This document shows positions 1-11,147 of a stretch of 64,000 bases of DNA, in pieces (the stretch's first letter is position 1; each line of letters starts with the position of its first letter). Where the stretch lies: NCBI GenBank assembly GCA_951406725.2, contig OX597841.1:9176001-9240000 (forward strand), in the 5' to 3' direction. The notes beneath the pieces are model-generated. The model was not told where the DNA came from. It saw only the letters and a list, made by a program, of their open reading frames with translations, and did no database searches. The translations under genes were made by a program, and so were the position numbers. Source of the DNA: Octopus vulgaris. Taxonomy: Eukaryota.

Positions 1-436
<436 letters not shown>

Positions 437-1784
437 ATATACACACATACACATACAGTTTATTTTGTGTATAATGCTTGCTGATGAATTAAAGAGAGAA
501 GGTAATGCACTGCCCATAGCCTATTCAGTACCTCAAAACCTGTGAAATAGAGAATTTCATGAGAAGAATAGTAACGGTGGTATATTAGGGATACTTAATA
601 TGTTTTGACCCTTGGTGAGATGCTGAGTAATGTTACTTTGAACAGTATGTCACGGATGGAGTGTCTTGGATTTTAGACTTGAGGGATCAAGTCTGAGTTG
701 GGACTAAACAATACTTCCCTGCCCCAGCAACAGGGACCACCATCATCATCAATACTATAATCCCCTTACGCATTCCTACCCTGACCACCTCTATGATTTA
801 TTCAAATGCTTTGTTTGGATCCTGAATGGAATCTGTGGAATGCCGAAGTGAGGAAGGTGTGTCTGGTACTTATTTATAGCCCTGAAATAATGAAAGGTAA
901 ATTTGATTTGAGCAGGATTTGATCTCAAAACACAGAACTGAAACAATTCCTGCAAAAATGCCAATTGGTTACCATGGTAACCAGATAGTAAAAGTGGCTA
1001 AGCCTCCATTCAAATCAGAGAATGGCTATTGTAGATAATGTAATTTCAGCATAAACCAAAGACAGGGTCGTCATGGCTAGAATGTCTTTAATCAAATGTT
1101 TTCTTGATCTAATATGACCTTGGAGGTATGCAACAACAACTAGAATACCATGGAAACCCACGCATGAAACTGGTAGAGTATGGTGTCAGCTTGATGCAGT
1201 AGTAGTATATCCGAAACAGTGAAGCTGTGGCTATCCAGTGATTTGATCAACAGAGATGAGATGACAGCAACAATGACAACATCAACAATAGCACACACAC
1301 ACACACACACACAACCAGCAGCAAGATAACAATCAGCTTTGTTAAAAGATGAGTCACCAGAAAATAAATGGAAAAACCTGAAGTAAACTGATACTATCAA
1401 ATGATACGACGACACCTGACAAGTAAACAATCCCATGGGTTAAAAAATATTGTCAAATGATACCACCTCACTCTAGAGGCCAGTCACGCTGTCCATTGAT
1501 GTTATTCAAGATAATATTGGCTTACACACTCTGCTCTCATATTCAGTCTGAAACAATGAATTTGTAACCTTTTTCTTTATTTTGGGTTTGTTGCAAATAT
1601 TTCAAGAAATTTTATCCTCATTTGAAATGTCAGACAGAACGTTGTATAAGTAAATTTAAAGCTGGTGGTGTGTGTGTGTGTACTTACATGTACACACACA
1701 TATATATAAACATGCATATACATAGACATACGCACACACACACACACGTATATATGATATATACATATATATATACAGACAATA

Positions 1785-1820
<36 letters not shown>

Positions 1821-1878
1821 CTCACATTTAACAACTGACAACTATCTGCTGCTGTCTGAACCCCCCTCTTACCCTCAC

Positions 1879-1913
<35 letters not shown>

Positions 1914-2151
1914 CACTCAGTATCTCTTTATCTCTTCTTTTCTCTCTGTCGCACTCTTTCAATTGCAATCACTCTCTTCCTCTATCTCTCTCCATCTGTT
2001 CGCACACCACATTGACAAGTGTTCACGTATACCTATGTATGTACAGATATATATATACATATATATATGTATGTATATACGCATATATCTATGTATGTAT
2101 GTGTGTATATATATATATATATTTATGTATGTATGTATATATTTATATGTA

Positions 2152-2201
<50 letters not shown>

Positions 2202-2216
2202 AACATATATCTCTCT

Positions 2217-2610
2217 TTTACTTCTTTCGGTCATTAGACTGTGACCATGCTGGAGCCCCACCTTTAGTCGAACAAATCGGCCCCAGGGCTTATTCTTTGT
2301 AAGTCTGGTACTTATTATGTTGGTCTGTTTTGCCGAACCGCTATGTTACGAGGACATGAACACACCAACATCGGTTGTCAAGCGATGTTGGGGGGGGGGG
2401 GACAAACAAAGACACACACAAACACACACACACATATATACATATATACGACGGGCTTTCAGTTTCCATCTACTAAATCCACTCACAAGGCTTTGGTCAG
2501 CCCGAGGCTATAGTTGAAGACATTTGCCCAAGGTGCCACGCAGTAGGACTGAACCCAGAACCATGTGGTTGACAAGCACGCTACTTACCACACAGCCACT
2601 CCTGCGCCTA
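2217..2610 (-). mobile_element. tRNA-derived SINE, family A
   Basis: Head aggcgcaggagtggctgtgtgg (A box) and gggttcagtcc (B box), followed by a ccttgggcaa CORE-like segment. Many copies occur in the window. Confidence 0.85.
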
Positions 2611-2892
2611 TATTTTGCAAATATTTCAATAAATTTTATCCTCATTTGAAACGTCAGACAGAACGTTGTATAAGTAAATTTAAAGCTGGTGGTGTGTGTG
2701 TGTGTACTTACATGTACACACACATATAAACATGCATCTACATAGACATACGTGCACACACACACACACGTATATATAATATATACATATATATACAGAC
2801 TGTGTGTGTATATATATATATATATATACATATATACACATTTAACAACTGACAACTATCTGCTGCTGTCTGCACCCCCCTCTCACCCTCAC

Positions 2893-2932
<40 letters not shown>

Positions 2933-3066
2933 CACTCAGTATCTCTCTATCTCTTCTTTTCTCTCTGTCGCACTCTTTCAATCGCAATCACTCTCTTCCT
3001 CTATCTCTCTCCGTCTGTTCGCACACCACATTGTCAGGTGTTCATGTATACATACGTACGTACAGA

Positions 3067-3099
<33 letters not shown>

Positions 3100-3136
3100 G
3101 TATGTATGTATGTATATATGCATATATCTATGTATG

Positions 3137-3171
<35 letters not shown>

Positions 3172-3212
3172 GTATGTATGTATATATATGTATGTATGTA
3201 TATATTTGTATG

Positions 3213-3246
<34 letters not shown>

Positions 3247-3270
3247 TATATGTATGAACATATATCTCTC

Positions 3271-3690
3271 TTTCACTTGTTTCGGTTATGAGACTGTGGC
3301 CATGCTGGAGCACCGCCTTTAGTAGGGCAAATCGACCCCAGGACTTATTCTTTGTAAGCCTAGTACTTATTCTATCAGTCTCTTTTGCCGAACCGCTAAG
3401 TTATGGGCCTCTAAACACACCAGCATCAGTATTCAAACGATGTTGGGGGTACAAATACAGACACACAAACATAAACACTCACACACACACACACACACAC
3501 GCACACACACACATATACATACACACATACATATTGATGACAGGCTTCTTTCAGTTTCCATCTAGCAAATCCACTCACGAGGCTTTGGTCAGCCCGAGGT
3601 TATAGTAGAAGACACTTGCCCAAGGTGCCACGCAGTGTGACCGAACCCAGAACCATATGGTTTGTAAGCAAGCTACTTACCACACAGCCA
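3271..3690 (-). mobile_element. tRNA-derived SINE, family A
   Basis: Homologous to 2217-2610. Confidence 0.85.
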
Positions 3691-3694
3691 CATG

Positions 3695-3757
<63 letters not shown>

Positions 3758-4139
3758 TCTTGTTTTTTTATCATCTTTTAAACGTTAGGAATATCTTACA
3801 GATTTCATCGTTCTGGATATTGTGCTAGAATTAAAGCATTTCCTTCGTTCCCCAATACCCCCAGTTCAGCTATATTTCACTCCTAATTGATTGGTACTTA
3901 TGCTATTGCTCAAATAACAGAAGGGAGAAATTTATCCTGGGTACGGGATTTGCAAACACCTTATCAATCGTTGATAGACGTTTGCATTCTCTTGTACTTT
4001 TGTAGCCATATTGGTCACCATAAGACTGTTGATTTCTATAACAGAACAGGTCGTTTCTTTTTGCTTGATTATAATATGTGTGCATGTATGTATGTTTGTA
4101 TGTACTTACATATAAGAGTCGCAAGTGTATGTATGCCAC

Positions 4140-4997
4140 TATATTTTTTTATATATAAAAAATACAAAAATGGGACTAGAACCCTAAACTGCAGACAGTT
4201 AGGTGATATAAAAAAGGGACAACAAAACATCCAGATGAAACGGGAATAAGGACAGGTCATTTGGAGTGTCTTTCCTCAGTTGAATTCCAGGTTATCTTTG
4301 CAATTTTGGCTGGTTATACTCCAGATTGCTCCAATCTGGCCAGCCCCAAGGAAAAGCTAAGCTAAGAGCATTAGATTCCTTGGAAGAAAGCAGTGAATGT
4401 ATACAAAAACAAGGACAGAAAAAAATGGAGAAATGGTACAGAAATACAAATAACAAGACATTAACAAGAGGTGTCTTTTGACTAAGGACAAATTAAATTA
4501 AGCTGGCATGTGTGGAAGTAAAGCTTTACGGCAGGGTCATAAGATTTGACAGGCACAGGGAGGAATATAGATGTTGCACGGATGGTAGTCGAACCAAGAA
4601 AGAAAGAGGAGTGAAGGTGAGCATGGAGAGAAGGCCAGGAAATGTGAGAGAGGGGGAATGAAATAACGAAGAGTGGAATGAACGAAGTAAGTGTGAAGGG
4701 GCTGAGAGAAAGAAGGAAAGAATAATAGAGTCATACAAAATTTAGATATATATATATATACATACCTATATACAAGAGACCAAAGTATACGTACACTGCT
4801 TTATTTTATTTTTTTTTATATAAAAAATACAAAACTGGGACAAGAACGCAAAACATCCAGAAAGGTGATACAAGAAGGGGACAATAAAACATCCAGACAG
4901 ACGAAACAAGGATGGGTCATTGGGAGTTTTCTTTCCTCAGTTGAGTTCCAGATTATCTTTGCAATTTCGGCTGGTTATACTCCAGATTGTTCCAGAC
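4140..4997. repeat. Two partial copies (4140-4730, ~4800-4997) of an unclassified TA-flanked interspersed repeat
   Basis: The copies share tatataaaaaatacaaaa..gggacaa..aaaacatccaga..ttcctcagttga..ggctggttatactccagattg. An internal hairpin ccagattg..caatctgg is present. Confidence 0.6.
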
Positions 4998-5525
4998 ATT
5001 TGTAGTTGTGATGTAAATGCTGAGATGTTTGAAAAGAACCCATCCTCGCTGCTTTCTTGCTTTGTTTGTTTCCTTCCTGCTTTTGCTTCTCACATTCTCA
5101 CCCTCTCTTCTTCTCTCTCACTCCCTCCATTTTTTGCACAGATCTTCGCCATCCTGCTAAATTCCTCATCATCTACAGGGGCATGAATTTCAGTTCCATC
5201 GAATGCTTTCCATTTTCTCAACAGACAAAGGCAGGAACAGCTGAAACTATTTCTTGTAAATATTTACCATCAATATTTCAGACATTTTTTAAAAGACTTG
5301 AATGTATGCCAGCAGTTGTTTTATGTGTGTGTGTGTGTGTGTGTTCTTTTACTGGGGGAAAGAGAGAGAGAGAGAAAGAAAAAAGAAAGAAATGAGACAA
5401 AGGAAGAGAGACAGAGAGGGAGAAAGAAAGAGGGAAATAGACAGATAGAGAAGAAAGAAAATCATAGTGATGGTGCCTGATTTTGTTTTCAGTTTTTGGA
5501 ACTAACAGAGAAATAGAATCTCTCT

Positions 5526-5570
<45 letters not shown>

Positions 5571-5605
5571 GTATATATATATGTATGTATATATATATGT
5601 ATATA

Positions 5606-5652
<47 letters not shown>

Positions 5653-5692
5653 AGGAAAATATTTTCTGAGACAGTTAAGATCAAGAAAGAAC

Positions 5693-5731
<39 letters not shown>

Positions 5732-5799
5732 TACATATACGTATATACACAACAGACGAACTTCATTCCACCAAATGACCATAAACCAGACATTATAAA

Positions 5800-6090
5800 T
5801 CTCATGGCTATAAGTACAAAAAGTAATGAATTCATAGAACACATCCAATTATGTCAGACACGCTTGGAGGACTTCCTTGGGATTTCTTGCCCCTTAGAGT
5901 TAGTGGGCGACTGGAATGCCATCTTGGATGCACGTGTGGATTGGGTGGGACTACCGGACATGAAAGTTGGGGTATGTAAGCTTCACAAACCTGCTCATTC
6001 ATTTCCAATGACAGTTTCAGACTGGATTTTCCGAATGCCTCAAGGTGGACATGGACAAATATTGTTGGGACATCCAGATCTTATCTAGAA
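5800..6090 (+). pseudogene. Degenerate LINE AP-endonuclease fragment
   Basis: Translation [14 protein letters not shown] matches the GDFN motif of L1/Tx1-type endonucleases. Confidence 0.5.
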
Positions 6091-7104
6091 ATTCTGTTCC
6101 CCCACCTCCTGCATAAAAATTCCTCCCTCCCACAACACATCCCAAGTCCTTCCTTCCTTCCACCCTTAATCATCACCCCCTGCATGCTCCTCTCCCTCCC
6201 CCATCACATACACTCACTCTGAATGTCCTCACTGGCCCCCTGAGCTGCCCCTATATCTCTCACTGTCACCTGCTACTCTCTCCACATCTCCATCCACCTC
6301 CCTTCACACCCTCATGAATCACCCCCACCTCTTGATCTCCTCTGTCCACTCACCCTGTCCAATCCTTTGTACGGCCCTCATTTCATTCATATTCTCCCCC
6401 ACTGTACCTTAAGAATTTGTCCCATCACACATCTGCCTTGCCATTTATTTCTCTCTCTTTCAAACGGGGATAGCCAAGTATCTCCTACAGGAAGACCCCT
6501 ATCTCTACCCTGATCCCTATTATACATTCACCTCTCAACTGGCACAAACCCACCTCCCTCAATACTACTCCTCCTTTCCCATTGAGACATCTTCGTTTTG
6601 CAAGTTACTTGGTGGTGCCATGTGAAAAGCACTCTGTGAAGTGGTCGGCATAAGAAGGGTATCCAGCCATAGAAACCAATGCAATGTGGCCAACACAGCT
6701 TGGTGCAGTCCTCTGGCAAACTGTCCAACCCCGTAGCAGAACAGAAAGTGGACTTTTCATACATACACACACACACACATACACATTCATTCATACAGAC
6801 ACACAGACAGAGAGAAAGCTAGATCACAAGACCATCCGATGTTGCTACACATCGCTAGGCACAATTCACTTTGCATTGTTTTAGCCATCGAACGACCCCA
6901 ACCCTCGGGCTAGGCAAGGAGGCCGTCGCTCTCCATGCCACTGTTGTTATCCAATGGGAAAGCAACATGAAATAAAGTGTCTTGCCCAAGAACACAACAC
7001 AGAGCCCTGTCTGGGAATCGAACTCACTATCCCAGGATTGTGGAACCAATGCTCTAACAACTAAGCCATGCACCTGCACACACACAAACACATACACACA
7101 CAAA

Positions 7105-8306
7105 TGGAGGGGTTGGACAAAATAATGGAAACACCTTAAAATTTCAAACAAATCTATTTTAATATGGGGAAGAACCGCCTTTGGCAATAATTACAGCTTA
7201 AATTCTATGAGGTATGGACTCGTACAAAGTTTGAAGTGTTTCCAAAGGAATTTTTGTTCATTCTCCAGCTAAAACAGTCTCCAGTTCTTGTAGTGATGAT
7301 GGTGGAGGATATTGACACCTTGTTTTTCTAAAATGAACCATAAATGTAAAATAATATTGAGATCTACGGACTGTGGTGGCCAGATAAGATGTTCAACTTG
7401 ACTAGTATGTTCCTCGTGCCATTCGGTAACAACTTCAGCTGTGTGAATTGGTGCATTATCATCCTGAAAGATTGCATTTCCCTCCAGAAACAGTTCTGCA
7501 ACCATAGGATGAATTTGATCAGATAAACTGCTTAAATAATCTTGACAATTAATTCTACCATTAAGGGAAACCATTGGGCTGGCGGATTTCCAAGATATAG
7601 CCCCCACCAGATCATCACAGATCCTCTTCCATATTTAACAGTTAGAAGAAGGCAGTCTGGGTCAAATGCTTCTTTTGGCTCTCTCCACACATATACTTGG
7701 CCAGTGGTCGTAAATAAGGTAAAGGATGACTCTTCCGAAAAAATAACATGCTTCCATTGATCTAGGGACCAATTCTGTAGGTTTTTACTTCACTCTAAAT
7801 GCTTTGCAACGTTTGTTTTTGAAAGTAGTGGTTTTCTGATTGCAGCCTTCCCATTAAATCCAGCTTTGTGCAGCTCCTGGCAAACAGTTTTTGTGGAAAC
7901 TGGGTTCTCGAGGTGGTCATTAAGCTCTGCAGTAATTTTGGGAGCTGTATATTTTGTGATCCTTTCTCATAATTCATGCACCTGAAGCTCCCTGGAAGTT
8001 TTTCCCTCTTTCTCAAAGGCTGTCATTACTTTCTAGACACTACTTCATGATACACCAAACATTGTGGCTGTTTTTGTTATGCTAGCGCCTGTCATATAAG
8101 CACCAACAATTTGACCTCTTTGAAAGTCCAATCAACCTGTCATTTTAATTACCTTTTTCTGATGATATCTGAAAAGAAAGAGCAATTTTAGCAAAACATA
8201 TTAAGCAACACTCATAGTAAATCAAAAAACATAAAAATAAACAAGCTTTTGACAGTTTTATAGATATTTCAAAATTATGATGCTAGGTGTTTCCATTATC
8301 CAAACC
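7105..8306 (-). mobile_element. Degenerate Tc1-family DNA transposon
   Basis: Transposase fragment IFQDDNAPIH..WPPQSVDLNII. Terminal inverted repeats are ggttgga..ataatggaaacacc and ggtgtttccattat..ccaaacc. Confidence 0.85.
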
Positions 8307-8351
<45 letters not shown>

Positions 8352-8542
8352 TATAATAATAAATATTAGGGAATAAATCCAAATTTACAGGGAAAAATCA
8401 GATTTAGGATTGAATCCAATTTTATAGTAAAATATTATATAATATTAATTAGAGACAAAACCACTATTTTGCAAATCAAACAAAGAAAGACTTAATCCAA
8501 TACATAAAAAAATTTAATATAAATAAAATAAAATTAAATTCG

Positions 8543-8588
8543 CCACTACAATTGTTTCGTGTCTCTTCAAAGGACATTCATCAGGTGG
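8543..8588 (-). ncRNA. Minimal type I hammerhead ribozyme
   Basis: The minus strand reads CCAC-CUGAUGA-aUGUC..GACAc-GAA-ACAAUUGU-A-GUGG, with a palindromic stem III and a GUA cleavage triplet. Confidence 0.8.
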
Positions 8589-8871
8589 ATTTCAGATCTT
8601 CTATTCATAGGTTCCTGTACACAGACATGGAAAGACCTTTGCTGTATAAATTCTTTCAGGAATCCAATTTTATAGTAAAATATTATATAAGTCCAATCAA
8701 TCTGTCATTTTAATTACCTTTTTCTGATGATATCTGAAAAGAAAGAGCAATTTTAGCAAATCATATTAAGCAACACTCATAGTAAATCAAAAAACATAAA
8801 AATAAACAAGCTTTTGACAGTTTTATAGATATTTCAAAATTATGATGCTAGGTGTTTCCATTATCCAAACC

Positions 8872-8964
<93 letters not shown>

Positions 8965-9002
8965 ACTTAAAATAATTTAAAATTGAATAGAAGATCTGAA
9001 AT

Positions 9003-9048
9003 CCACCTGATGAATGTCCTTTGAAGACACACGAAACAATTGTAGTGG
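9003..9048 (+). ncRNA. Minimal type I hammerhead ribozyme (inverted paralogue of 8543-8588)
   Basis: ccac CTGATGA atgtcctttgaagacacac GAA ACAATTGT A gtgg. Confidence 0.75.
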
Positions 9049-9142
9049 CAAATTTAAGTTTATTTAAATTATATTAAATTTTTTTATGTATTGGATTAAG
9101 TCTTTCTTTGTTTGATTTGCAAAATAGTGGTTTTGTCTCTAA

Positions 9143-9184
<42 letters not shown>

Positions 9185-10064
9185 GTGTGTGTGCGTATAC
9201 AAGAGAGTGTGCCTACGGTGGAGCCAGCAGAGGGACCAGCAATTCGAATAGACAGTACCATGGTAGATAAAGCCATGAGACATATGAAAATGAAGGAAGC
9301 CCCTGGCCCCTCAAGAATCACCACGGAAATGCTTAAAGTATCTGGTGGTGTGGCATATGGTAGCAGGGAAAGCAGCCGTTAAATGATGATGATGATGATG
9401 ATAATGCACACACACACATAATTATACATTCATATCTATGCAGAGAGGTATATATAGCCGACTGGAGAGGGTTTCTCACCAGCATTTCCTGTAAGGAGAA
9501 TTCCCTTCTGGAAAGAATTTATACAGCAAAGGTCTTTCCATGTCTGTGTACAGGAACCTATGAAATATAATATATCTTTAAACATAACTCCATAAATTTC
9601 AATCAACGCTGTTTAATCAGCATCAAGTTAACGAATTCCTGTAAAACTTTGCATCTGTCAGAAAATGTTTTCCGTTCGGTTGAAATAAATGTCTTGACAT
9701 CACTCGGGTGCCATGAACTATGCACACGGATTCAACATCCTTCACAAAAACACTTCTATGTCTTTCATAGCTCCTTTTATACTCAAACACACACACACAC
9801 ACACATATCTATTATCTCTTACTTGCTTCACTTGTTTGACTGCGGCCATGCTGGGGCACAGACTTGAAGATTTTTTAGTCAAAGAAATCAACCACCACAA
9901 TTTATTTTTTAAAGCCTACTCCTTATTCTATCAGCCTCTTTAGGTTTCGTGTTTCCCTTAATTGATGATCCCTTCGAGAACCCTCATCAAATTAGAATAT
10001 TTTATTTTCAATTTACTTTAGGTTTTGTGTGTTCTTCCTATAACTTTTATACGACCAGCCTATA

Positions 10065-10108
<44 letters not shown>

Positions 10109-10204
10109 CGGGAAGCTTTACGAAAATAAACAGAAGACGAAGGCAGGTGGAGTACAAACAAACAATTGTATTAGTATGGCACTCAGGAATATAAATAAAA
10201 CAAG

Positions 10205-10242
10205 TCTTTAACGTTTCGAGCCTACGCTCTTCGACAGAAAGA
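10205..10242 (-). ncRNA. Variant minimal hammerhead-like motif
   Basis: The minus strand reads UCUUU-CUGUCGAA-GAGC(GUAG)GCUC-GAA-ACGU-U-AAAGA. All three stems are present but the first core strand is non-canonical. Confidence 0.55.
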
Positions 10243-10650
10243 TACACAGAAAACAAACACGGAGAGAAACAAAGAGAAGAAAAAAATGCATGCAGAAGCT
10301 AGCGAATCAACATGGCGATCTGATTCCGGCCATATATATATATATATATATATATGGGTAGATAGATAGACAGACAGGAAGAAAGATAGATTCATACATA
10401 TGTTCATACATACATACATACATTCATACATATGTACATAGACACAAACGTGTATATATATATACATGTATATATATATATATGTATATTTATATATATG
10501 TATGTATGTATATAAGTGTATATAATTGAGATTCATTTGAATTAGGTACTTCAGTTGATGCACAAGTCAGTGTGGTATTATCCATGCAGTATTTGAGTAA
10601 AATTATATTAATGTGTCTGATTGATTGAAAATTCTATTTATTTATTTGTT

Positions 10651-10732
10651 CAGCTGAGGATAGCCCTGCATTGAAACTGATGTAATGATTGCATTGTTCA
10701 ATGAAATGGAGCCACTTGAAACGGTCATACTG
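10651..10732 (+). ncRNA. Degenerate hammerhead-like motif with long stem II (second copy at 220-301)
   Basis: cag CTGAGGA, then hairpin cattgaa..ttcaatg, then GAAA cggtca TA ctg. Stem III is mismatched, and the 220-301 copy has GAGA instead of GAAA. Confidence 0.4.
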
Positions 10733-10883
10733 CAGCACCTCTTGATATTCTGTTGCTTATTTTGATCAGATATATATATATATATATATATTGATAAAAC
10801 GGTAAGATAACAAAAGAAAGAAAGAGACCTCAATATTATGTAAATAGAGGAAATTTATCTATACAATATGTTACATTACTCGG

Positions 10884-10957
10884 TAGTCAAGATAAAACTC
10901 TGAGTTTCAGATGCCGAAGTGGAAATCCACAACACCATCTCTTCGGTTATCTGGCTA
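10884..10957 (-). ncRNA. Type I hammerhead ribozyme in the PLE terminal repeat (CCGAAGA core, UGAA junction)
   Basis: The minus strand reads AGAUAA-CCGAAGA-GAUG..CAUC-UGAA-ACUC(A)GAGU-U-UUAUCU. Stems I, II and III all pair. Confidence 0.8.
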
Positions 10958-11147
10958 TTTGAAAACGTTATGAAAAAATACCGTTAAAAATGAAGGGAAA
11001 TTACTCTGTTATAACTCTGCTTTGCCTGCGTACTTATACATCGCTCGCATTTTTCGTCATAAAAATTATATAAAAATACATAAAAAATATATAAAAATAT
11101 ATAAAAATATATAAAATCTTCTTGGGACATAACACAGAAAGCATGTT

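Larger units (their letters stand above)
1591..3690. repeat. Tandem duplication of a ~1.02-1.08 kb unit (unique/microsatellite segment plus SINE)
   Basis: ttgcaaatatttcaa..tttatcctcatttgaaa starts at 1591 and 2615. Both units end in a SINE head (2610, 3690). Confidence 0.9.

Noticed and set aside
475-560. CTGATGA at 481-487 as a hammerhead core
   Set aside because: I could not build convincing stems I and III, and the GAAA position reads AAAA. At best this is a dead relic.
4270-4390. Structured repeat containing CTGAGGA and GAAA on the minus strand
   Set aside because: The motifs cannot be arranged into a three-stem hammerhead topology.
9944-9995. Minus-strand TTGATGA...GAAAC hammerhead-like fragment
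   Set aside because: It is truncated by a SINE right after GAAAC, so stems I and III cannot be verified.
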